DNA of 64,000 nucleotides, taken from Candidatus Multivoradales bacterium (GTDB taxonomy: Bacteria; Acidobacteriota; Thermoanaerobaculia; Multivoradales; JAHEKO01). The notes beneath the pieces are model-generated. The model made no database searches, had not been told where the DNA came from, and saw nothing but the letters and a program-made list of their open reading frames with translations. A program made the translations under genes and the position numbers. Shown here piece by piece: positions 19,298-26,839 of this stretch (position 1 is its first letter; every line of letters starts with the position of its first letter). The stretch is taken from the NCBI GenBank assembly GCA_965248055.1, contig CBDFIJ010000004.1:2232777-2296776 (forward strand), in the 5' to 3' direction.

Positions 19298-19972
19298 ATG
19301 CCCACCAGTACTGTCGAGGACTACCTGAAACGCATCTTGTTGGAGGAAGCGAAACCCGGTGCGCTGGTTAAGTTTGGACCCATCGCCATCGGTCTCAATG
19401 TGGCACCAGGCACTGTGACCGCGATGATGAAGACCCTGGCCGACAGCGGACTGGTCAGCTATGAGCCTTACTCCGGCGTACGCCTTTCCTCTGCCGGCCG
19501 GCAGCTGGCGATGCACGTGCTCAGGCGCCATCGGCTGATCGAATTATTTCTGGTCGAAGTCCTCGGGTTGGACTGGACCGAAGTCCACGCCGAGGCCGAA
19601 GATCTCGAGCACGCGGTTTCCGATCGGATCGTCGAACGCATTGATGCTTTGCTGGGATTTCCCACCGTCGATCCACATGGAGATCCGATCCCTGACGCTC
19701 AGGGGCAGTTGTCTACAGATTCTGCACAAAACCTTACGGCGGTGCCAGAGGGAGGCGTGTTTCAAGTTGTGAGAGTTCTTGACCAGAGTCCAGGGTTCTT
19801 ACAATTAGTTGAGCTTGAGGGCCTTCGACCCGGCAGCCTACTCACGGTTGAGAGTCATGATGAGGCTTCCGACACAATGGTATTGCGCCGAGATAAAGGC
19901 GATTTGATCAGCCTGGGCTTGAGGGCGGCGAGCAAGCTTCTGGTCGAAGAAGCGGCGCTCAGGTTTGAATAG
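19298..19972 (+). CDS. DtxR/IdeR/MntR-family metal-dependent transcriptional repressor with a C-terminal FeoA/SH3-like domain.
   Basis: N-terminal HTH, metal-binding segment DPHGDPIP, C-terminal FeoA-like domain. Divergent from the MCO/ZIP genes across an AT-rich 110-bp intergenic region. Confidence 0.8.
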   Translation: MPTSTVEDYLKRILLEEAKPGALVKFGPIAIGLNVAPGTVTAMMKTLADSGLVSYEPYSGVRLSSAGRQLAMHVLRRHRLIELFLVEVLGLDWTEVHAEAEDLEHAVSDRIVERIDALLGFPTVDPHGDPIPDAQGQLSTDSAQNLTAVPEGGVFQVVRVLDQSPGFLQLVELEGLRPGSLLTVESHDEASDTMVLRRDKGDLISLGLRAASKLLVEEAALRFE

Positions 19973-20059
19973 ACTTAGGTCGTAATGGGCTCATGTCAGC
20001 TTGACACGGGGCTCTATTCGTTGTGTTTTCTCTTGCGACAGAAATGACTGAATAAAGAA

Positions 20060-20596
20060 ATGTCGAAGAAGTTGTCACCGAGCACTCAGCAATTCGTTCT
20101 TCATTGGGGGTCTATGGGGCCTCACTGGGGAGTCAATCGTAGCGTCGCACAAATCCACGCTTTGCTCTACCTGTCACCCGACCCCTTCACCGCTGAAGAG
20201 ATTTCCGGATTGCTGTCTATTGCAAGGTCAAATGTAAGCAATAGCCTAAAGGAACTCCAGTCTTGGCACATCGTACAAAAAGTCGCTGTGCTCGGAGATC
20301 GACGGGAGCACTTCAAGTCCGAGATTGATGTGTGGGAGATGTTTCAGACTGTTCTTGCTGAGAGGAAGAAACGAGAATTCGACCCGACATTGAAGTTGCT
20401 GCGGGAGATGCCGACAACGGGACACGACTCAGCGGAAACTAACTATACGCGGGAGCGTCTTGCAGAAATGCGTGAGTTCTTCGAGTCGACTTCAGCTTGG
20501 TATGTAGAGATCGGTCGCTTGTCGCCCAAATCTATGCGTCGGCTTGCCACTCTTGGGCGGAGGGTGCGCCAATTGGTTGATCCCGGAAGTCGTTGA
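20060..20596 (+). CDS. GbsR/MarR-type winged-helix transcriptional regulator.
   Basis: QIHALLYLSPDPFTAEEISGLLSIARSNVSNSLKELQSWHIV matches the GbsR-type HTH core. Confidence 0.55.
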   Translation: MSKKLSPSTQQFVLHWGSMGPHWGVNRSVAQIHALLYLSPDPFTAEEISGLLSIARSNVSNSLKELQSWHIVQKVAVLGDRREHFKSEIDVWEMFQTVLAERKKREFDPTLKLLREMPTTGHDSAETNYTRERLAEMREFFESTSAWYVEIGRLSPKSMRRLATLGRRVRQLVDPGSR

Positions 20597-20621
20597 GTTT
20601 TTTTGTACCTGTAGTTCTGTT

Positions 20622-22046
20622 ATGACAGAAATAAAAGAAACGAATGCACGTTCGCTTCTCTTCTACGATGACGAATGTTCTGTTTGTCGGAGCACGGTGA
20701 ACCGTTGGAAGTGGGTGCTGAGGAAGCGAGGTGTGGAGACGGTAGCGATGCAATCAAGCCGCGGCCGCCGTCATCTGGGCTTGGAGAAGGGAGTGGTTCC
20801 GGATGAGATGAAGCTTCGCCTGTCGAGTGGAAAGCTTGTGGGTGGCGGAGATGCTCTGATTCATTTGACGGGTCTCTTTTGGTGGGCGAAGCCCCTTCAC
20901 ACTCTTGCCAGCGTGTGCCCTTGCAGTGATCGCATTGCCAATGGAGCATATCGATGGGTGGCTGCTGGTAGGTATTGCGTGGCTGGAGCATGCAGGGTCA
21001 CGAGTAGTCCAAAGGATCACAACCAACCGAGCTGGCGCGAAATGATTTTAAGTAGCGTGGGGTATCTGCCATTGTTTATTGGCGCAGGCCTCGTGGCGTC
21101 TATCCGCAGCAAATTTTCGCCCTGGGTGTTCATGTGGGTTATCTCCTACACTCTCTTCGTCGGCTTCAAGTTCTTGACGCTTTGGCTGCAACGCGAGAAG
21201 TTGCAGGGTGTACCGTCTTGGCGAATCCTGGCGTATGTTTTCGCTTGGGTGGGGATGGATCCCAGGCCGTTTCTGGTGGGGCAGGGTCGCTCGACGCCAA
21301 GGGTGCCACATAGTGGTCTGGCGTCCAGCCTTTGCTCATTGATTGTAGGAGCCTTGATTCTTGTCTTTGCCGCATCAAACCCGGCCCATTTGCAAGATCA
21401 ATTGAGGGCGGGGCTCGGGCTCATAGGTTTGGCCTGCGTTCTTCACTTCGGACTTTTCAAATTAGTAGCGTGGTTTTGGTCCAATATGGGCATCGCGGTT
21501 GCTCCGGTCATGAATGCACCGCTGCAGGCGACCTCGGTCAACGATTTTTGGAGTCGTCGTTGGAACTTGGCGTTTAGAGACCTCGCGAGAGTTACGGTCT
21601 ACCGCCCGGTCTCACGCTTGGCAGGTGGGGCGGTAGCAATGCTGTTGGTTTTTCTAGTCTCAGGTTTTCTGCACGAAGTGGCCCTCTCGTTGCCTGCACG
21701 GGGTGGCTATGGTTTACCAACTCTCTACTTCTTACTGCAAGGGTGTGCGGCTCTCACTGAGCGTTACGTCCGGTCTCAGAGACCGTCCATGTCTCGGTTT
21801 GCCTACCGACTCTCGGCTCTGGCAACAGTGGTTCTTCCGATACCCCTGCTCTTTCACTCTGCGTTTCTCCGCACGGTCATCATTCCATTCTTGAATTCTC
21901 TACAGGAAGCCTTAACCATGAGAATTACCTACCCCCCCCCTTTGGGTTTTGATCGCAGTTGGAGGAATGGTGCAGATTGCGATAGCGGTCGCTTCGCTCA
22001 TGGTCCCGAAATGCCTACAGTGGCGCCGACGCTTGCTGGGAGTTGA
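20622..22046 (+). CDS. Fusion protein: an N-terminal DCC1-like thiol-disulfide oxidoreductase domain (DUF393) fused to a polytopic MBOAT-like (wax-synthase-type) membrane acyltransferase domain.
   Basis: The internal ATG at 20622 gives MTEIKE.. LLFYDDECSVCRSTVNRW, the D-x-x-C-x-x-C motif. Downstream are ~9 hydrophobic segments and FLVSGFLHEVA (conserved His of MBOAT-type enzymes). The ORF-track N-terminal extension was rejected. Confidence 0.55.
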   Translation: MTEIKETNARSLLFYDDECSVCRSTVNRWKWVLRKRGVETVAMQSSRGRRHLGLEKGVVPDEMKLRLSSGKLVGGGDALIHLTGLFWWAKPLHTLASVCPCSDRIANGAYRWVAAGRYCVAGACRVTSSPKDHNQPSWREMILSSVGYLPLFIGAGLVASIRSKFSPWVFMWVISYTLFVGFKFLTLWLQREKLQGVPSWRILAYVFAWVGMDPRPFLVGQGRSTPRVPHSGLASSLCSLIVGALILVFAASNPAHLQDQLRAGLGLIGLACVLHFGLFKLVAWFWSNMGIAVAPVMNAPLQATSVNDFWSRRWNLAFRDLARVTVYRPVSRLAGGAVAMLLVFLVSGFLHEVALSLPARGGYGLPTLYFLLQGCAALTERYVRSQRPSMSRFAYRLSALATVVLPIPLLFHSAFLRTVIIPFLNSLQEALTMRITYPPPLGFDRSWRNGADCDSGRFAHGPEMPTVAPTLAGS

Positions 22047-22194
22047 CCCAATCGTGCGACACCTTTTCTGGGTCTACGCTGGGTTTATCTTCCTATTATC
22101 CCCAGAAGCTGCCGCGTGATGTATACGTATCTTCTTTGTATCTCTTAGATATATCCGGCCAATCTGGCCGCTGAGATAGATAAACCTGTCCGCA

Positions 22195-22530
22195 TTACTG
22201 GGACAGGTTGTCCGTTCGTACAAAACGCGTAAATTGCTCTGTTGGTCGGAGGGATCGACTGCCTTCGATGAGCCCATGATCGCGCAGCTTGGCAAGTCCT
22301 CTGCGCACCGTTCGATCGGAGATTCCGAGCGCACGTCCGAGGTAGTCGCGAGACGCGAAACACCACCCCGTCTTTCTGGCGAGAACTTCGATCATCGCCA
22401 GAAGGGCGTACTCGTTGATCGTGAGGTTCAGCTTTTTGCGCGCATGCAAGTCGATTCGCACATATGGCGGATTGTTGGCCTTTTGGCCGGTGCGGCGATG
22501 GTTGTGCATGTGTGAGCCACCGTACGTCAG
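22195..22530 (-). CDS. Small winged-helix DNA-binding protein, phage/plasmid-like.
   Basis: LTINEYALLAMIEVLARKTGWCFASRDYLGRALGISDRTVRRGLAKLRDHGLIE is a typical HTH. It sits next to a recombinase pseudogene and an AT-rich patch. Start position is uncertain. Confidence 0.4.
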   Translation of the reverse strand: MTYGGSHMHNHRRTGQKANNPPYVRIDLHARKKLNLTINEYALLAMIEVLARKTGWCFASRDYLGRALGISDRTVRRGLAKLRDHGLIEGSRSLRPTEQFTRFVRTDNLSQ

Positions 22531-22837
22531 CATAAAGGGAGCGTCTAGTGAACGCTGGTCACGGGAGAACATCCGTTCACTCGATAGTGCAATGTCTCTT
22601 CGCCAAACTGGAGCAATGGAGTATGACTTTCCAGAAATCATGAGCCGCTGCTCTCATCTCTCCGAACAAGAACGCGAAGCAGCTCGCGAGCGCCTCAACC
22701 GTTACATCAGACTACTTGTCGACATCGCTCGTGATCCAGAATCACGCCGAAAGTTGGATCAATTGACGAGGACAAGATCGGCGCGTACCGTGAACTCACG
22801 GTCGAACCATTACAAGTCCTAACCAAACACCCGCACT

Positions 22838-23070
22838 ATGCAAAAGTGTTTTGGATACATCCGTGTATCCAGAAAACGCCAAGAAGAAGGTGTCTCGCTC
22901 AAAGAACAGCGAGCAGCCATCATCGCCTACGCTACGAAGCACGGCATCGTCATCATCCATAAGATTGACCGAAACGCCTGAAACCTCCATGACTGGGCCG
23001 ACCTTGCCGACCTCACCGAAGAGGGTGCACTTCCGTCGGGAACGGGCGGCGAATACCGCGCTTCTCTAGC
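22838..23070 (+). pseudogene. Serine recombinase (resolvase/invertase) N-terminal remnant, truncated after 44 codons and frameshifted.
   Basis: ATG at 22838 gives MQKCFGYIRVSRKRQEEGVSLKEQRAAIIAYATKHGIVIIHKIDRNA*. This contains the catalytic-serine motif YIRVS-x-x-Q and the AIIAYA..HG block of serine recombinases. The reading frame is lost after 22972. Confidence 0.65.
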
Positions 23071-23226
23071 GAACCCGCAAATATTACCATGCCCGAATCA
23101 GCTCGTCTAATGACAAGGTTGCTACGAGAATCGAACTTTTGTGGCTCTGCTGAGCTTGTTACTGTTCACACGTTGTGCGACGTTCTAAACACCGTTTTCT
23201 CGAACCACATAGCATTCAGAGAACCC

Positions 23227-23256
23227 AAAAGACCTCTCGGCTGAGAGGTTTTTTTT
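23227..23256 (+). terminator. Rho-independent terminator.
   Basis: gacctctc ggct gagaggt is followed by eight T residues. Confidence 0.7.
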
Positions 23257-23453
23257 GGGACGTTCTTCTGACGAACATTCCTTATTGTCTTGTGTACGAA
23301 CTCAGGACGTAGCTCGAACTTCGGACAATTCGTCCGATTTGGGCACGAAGAACATTCCGAGGTGGTGTGTCCCCATTATCGAGGCGCTCGTTCGCTTTGC
23401 CAAGGGATAGTACGACAGGTTACAGGACAATCCCCGCGACGTTCTTACGGGTT

Positions 23454-23990
23454 CTAGTCGGCGGCAAGGTTGATCTCTGTTCGATCCCCCTTTTCTTGGA
23501 CGGAGAACGATACCGACTCTCCAACTGCCAACTTTCTTAGCTCAAGCGTGTGTTCGGGCTGCTCTTGATCTTCAACAACCTCGATGGACAAGGGCTCCGA
23601 GGTAGCCGAGTCATCGTAGGCGTAAAGAGTGACCTTGCCAGCTTCGATACCTCTGACCTCGAATTCACCGGAAGCATCGGTCGTAGTCGATAGCTCGCGT
23701 CGGCGACGCCCATCACGTTGCTCCCGGATGGCCACAACAAATGCGTCCGCCGGAGCGTCGTTCTTCACAACGTGGCCCACAATACGTGTGTTCTGCAGTA
23801 CCACAGGAACCTTCGCATGGGTCGCTCCCATGGGACGTTCAATAATTTTGGTGCCGGCGGATTGTGTCCCGTTGCTGCCCATCAACTCAACTTCGATCGC
23901 CCATTCCCCTGCTTCAGGGAGATACCCCACGAAAACGACCGTTCTCGTCGGTGGGCACCCGAATCGACCGCACGCTGTTTCGACCCCCAA
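23454..23990 (-). CDS. Carboxypeptidase-regulatory-like domain protein, probably a fragment. Its 5' region abuts the IS5-like remnant.
   Basis: TDASGEFEVRGIEAGKVTLYAY motif typical of CarboxypepD_reg domains. No signal peptide. Confidence 0.3.
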   Translation of the reverse strand: MGVETACGRFGCPPTRTVVFVGYLPEAGEWAIEVELMGSNGTQSAGTKIIERPMGATHAKVPVVLQNTRIVGHVVKNDAPADAFVVAIREQRDGRRRRELSTTTDASGEFEVRGIEAGKVTLYAYDDSATSEPLSIEVVEDQEQPEHTLELRKLAVGESVSFSVQEKGDRTEINLAAD

Positions 23991-24085
23991 AAATGAGGAC
24001 GCCAGCTGTCCGGTCGTCCCCTAGGAGCTTGCTGAAAAACCCCACCACCGGACCATAACGATTCTATAATTGGGAATAGGAGGTT

Positions 24086-24576
24086 TTGATGCGTGGATCG
24101 GATCAAGGTCAGGGATCAATGTTCAGCTACGTTGACCTGGAACGGCGAATTCCTCGGTCTCATCCGTTGCGGCGGATCCGAAGTTTGATGGACGAAGCTC
24201 TTGGAGAGCTATCGGAGCGTTTTGAGACGATCTACGCTTCGAGTGGTCGTCCTTCGATTCCCCCCGAGCGTCTGCTCCGCGCATTGCTGCTTCAAGTGCT
24301 CTTCAGCGTGCGTAGTGAACGCCAGCTGATGGAGCAACTTGAGTACAACCTTCTATTTCGCTGGTTTGTCGGTCTTGGTATCGACGAGCGGGTGTGGGAC
24401 GCGACGACGTTTTGCAAGAACCGAGAGCGCTTGCTCGAAGGTTCGATCGCGGAAGAACTGTTTGCAGCGGTGCTGTCTCAAGCCGAGGACCGTGATCTGC
24501 TGTCACCGGATCACTTCAGCGTTGATGGCACACTGATCGAGGCTTGGGCTTCGCACAAGAGCTTTCGGCCAAAGGA
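24086..24576 (+). pseudogene. IS5/IS1182-family transposase N-terminal part, interrupted by the IS3-family insertion.
   Basis: MFSYVDLERRIPRSHPLRRIR...PPERLLRALLLQVLFSVRSERQLMEQLEYNLLFRWFVGL...SVDGTLIEAWAS is a DUF772/IS5-type N-terminal domain. The ORF-track continuation past 24577 is IS3 sequence read in a wrong frame. Confidence 0.7.
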
Positions 24577-24681
24577 CGAAGTCCTTTCTGCCAACATGAG
24601 TGAGACACTCCCCCGTTCAACAATTAATGTAGGGCGGACGGAGGTAAATCATGTTGAAGATAGATACAAATCGAAGTCTGG

Positions 24682-25080
24682 TTGGTTCGAGGGAGAGATC
24701 CCGTCGCGCTCGACCCGGAGACCCCTGAGAAGCCATATCGACGGCGTTTTAGCGCCGCGTACAAGCTCGGTATTCTGGAGCAGGTTGATGCCTGCACCGC
24801 AGCGGGTGAAGTAGGAAGGTTGCTGCGTCGCGAAGGGCTTTACTCCTCACATTTGACAAGCTGGCGCAAAGCGCGGCGCGAAGGCTCTCTGGCTGGACTT
24901 TCCAAGCGTCGCGGGCGCAAGGCAAAGCCGGTCAATCCCCTGGCCAAGAAAGTCCAGCAGCTTGAGCGTGAGAATGCGCACCTTAGCGGTGAGCTTGAGA
25001 AAGCTCACTTGATTCTATATGTCCAGGGAAAAGTTGCCGGGCTGCTGGGATTGAGCTTCGACGACGGGAAAAGTTCCTGA
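24682..25080 (+). CDS. IS3-family transposase OrfA (HTH plus leucine-zipper).
   Basis: RRRFSAAYKLGILEQVDACTAAGEVGRLLRREGLYSSHLTSWRKAR; coiled-coil LERENAHLSGELEKAHL. Confidence 0.85.
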   Translation: MVRGRDPVALDPETPEKPYRRRFSAAYKLGILEQVDACTAAGEVGRLLRREGLYSSHLTSWRKARREGSLAGLSKRRGRKAKPVNPLAKKVQQLERENAHLSGELEKAHLILYVQGKVAGLLGLSFDDGKSS

Positions 25081-26084
25081 TGGCCGCAGTAGAGCTATCG
25101 GGCACGGTCGGTGTGAAGCCGGCGTGCCAAGCTCTCGGGGTTGCACGGGCCACTTACTACCGTCGCCAGAAGCATTCCAATGGGCGAAAGCAGCCCCGAC
25201 CGACTCCCGCCCGAGCGCTATCGAGCTATGAACGCGACCGAGTACGCGGACTTCTATGCTCGCCACGATTCGCCGATCGAGCCCCCGCTGAGGTGGTTGC
25301 CACCTTGCTCGATGAAGGCACTTATCATTGCTCTGAACGCACGATGTATCGCATTCTGGCTGCCGACAAAGCAACCAAGGAGCGACGCAATCAATTGCGC
25401 CGTCCACGCTATGCCAAGCCGGAGCTGGTGGCCACAGAGCCCAATCAAGTTTGGTCCTGGGATATCACTAAACTCAAAGGCCCAAAGACTTGGACTTGGT
25501 ATTACCTCTACGTCTTACTCGATATCTTCAGCCGCTATGTGGTGGGCTGGATGGTGGCATCAAGAGAAAGCAGTGCCCTAGCCAAGCGATTGATTCAAGA
25601 CAGCTGTATCAAGCAGGGCACTGCCCCAGGAGAGCTCATCCTGCATAGTGACCGAGGATCACCAATGACCGCCAAAGGCACTGCCCAGCTCCTAGCTCAG
25701 CTCGGCGTCACTCGATCACTTTCCCGACCCAAGGTCCCGGACGACAATCCCTTTTCAGAAGCCCAGTTTAAGACCCTGAAATACCATCCGGGATTCCCCC
25801 GTCGTTTCGGCTCCATCGAAGACGCGCTCAGTTTTTGCCGACCTTTCTTTACTTGGTACAACACCGAGCATCGCCACAGCGGGCTCTCGATGATGACCCC
25901 GGAAGATGTCCACTACGGACGCACTGTGCAGGTCCTCGACCACAGAACCAGTGTTCTGGCTGATGTTTTTCTCAATAAACCCGAGCGCTTCGTACGCGGC
26001 TGCCCGAAGCCAAAACCATTACCCGACGCTGTCTGGATCAACCCACCAGATCGGGATCGATCATCGCTTGGCGATGCTCACTAA
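25080..26084 (+). CDS. IS3-family transposase OrfB (DDE integrase core).
   Basis: WSWDITKL...YLYVLLDIFSRYVVGW...HSDRGSPMTA...DNPFSEAQFKTLKYH...YNTEHRHSGL: rve-domain hallmarks. Confidence 0.85.
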   Translation: MAAVELSGTVGVKPACQALGVARATYYRRQKHSNGRKQPRPTPARALSSYERDRVRGLLCSPRFADRAPAEVVATLLDEGTYHCSERTMYRILAADKATKERRNQLRRPRYAKPELVATEPNQVWSWDITKLKGPKTWTWYYLYVLLDIFSRYVVGWMVASRESSALAKRLIQDSCIKQGTAPGELILHSDRGSPMTAKGTAQLLAQLGVTRSLSRPKVPDDNPFSEAQFKTLKYHPGFPRRFGSIEDALSFCRPFFTWYNTEHRHSGLSMMTPEDVHYGRTVQVLDHRTSVLADVFLNKPERFVRGCPKPKPLPDAVWINPPDRDRSSLGDAH

Positions 26085-26124
26085 TTAAAGATGACGTGTG
26101 TCTCATTATCGTTGGCAGGTTCCG

Positions 26125-26424
26125 ATCAGCCAGGTCTACAACTACGTAAGAAAGATCAGGGCGACCAAAGCCAAAGACCGGAAAGGGCGGCCAGTCACGC
26201 TTGGGCCAGATTTGCCTTTCTATGCGTACATACTTGCCGACATCACTCCTTCGCTTGAGACACAAGCGGAGAACGCGAACTTCATTCGTTCGCCGGACAG
26301 CATGGGATATTTTGGTTACAATTCGCGCCTCCGAACCTACGTTGAGATTATGAGTTTCAAGAAGGTCGTTGTCGATGCAAAGAAACGAAATACGGCCTTT
26401 TTTCGACGGTTAGGAATTTCGTAG
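26125..26424 (+). pseudogene. Probable downstream remnant of the interrupted IS5-like transposase.
   Basis: Resumes right after the IS3 right end. Weak similarity to the IS5 transposase middle region (KDRKG..., FYAY, GYFGYNSRL). Confidence 0.3.
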
Positions 26425-26457
26425 AGTTAGCCGAGAGAAGAGGTTCGGATGTCTGCA

Positions 26458-26612
26458 CCATGGCACACTTGAACTCAAGAAATGACGGACCTCGCCAACA
26501 CCTGGCAACAAAGACATTGGTCGCAAGTCACTGATTTTGTTGTGGTTATCTCTTGTGTTCGATTGAGGTCTATTGGCTCGAACCAATCTTCAAAACCGTT
26601 GTCCCGTTCCGG
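26458..26612 (+). repeat. Copy A of a ~155-bp direct repeat, partner at 29637-29790.
   Basis: ~70% identity. Shared blocks catggcaca, ttga(a)ctcaagaaa, gccaaca, ttgtggtta, caatcttcaaaacc. Confidence 0.7.
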
Positions 26613-26839
26613 ATCGGCTCGGGGGGTTGGTTCGATTCCCATGCGCTTCCGCCATTTAAGTTATTGGAATTACAACATCTCGCGGCTGTCGCGTCCGAGG
26701 CGCAAGGTGTGAAAGTAATTTCGTTGCGCTTGCTTTTCCGGGTTTGGAGATCAAGGTGGCGAGTAGATCCGGTTGGCCCTCGGGGGATTTTGCCAGGCTA
26801 GTGTGATAAAATTTGGTCCCGTTAGGATAGAGGTTTCCA

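Larger units (their letters stand above)
24577..26124 (+). mobile_element. Complete IS3-family insertion sequence (~1.55 kb) with imperfect terminal inverted repeats.
   Basis: Left end ttctgccaacatgagtgagacac is the reverse complement of right end gtgtctcattatcgttggcagg. orfA and orfB overlap (TGATG). Confidence 0.85.

Noticed and set aside
20544-20621. N-terminal extension of the DCC-MBOAT ORF overlapping the GbsR gene
   Set aside because: No RBS. Overlaps the upstream gene on the same strand in another frame. The ATG at 20622 gives a sensible DCC-domain N-terminus.
23090-23150. tRNA-like T-loop motif (cgagaatcgaac, giving GTTCGATTCTCG on the complement)
   Set aside because: No matching acceptor stem, D-arm or anticodon arm could be built on either strand. 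Possibly a decayed att-site fragment, but this is not supportable.
26600-26650. ggttcgattcc motif resembling a tRNA T-arm
   Set aside because: The T-stem pairs poorly (t-c mismatch) and no complementary 5' acceptor strand exists within 80 nt.
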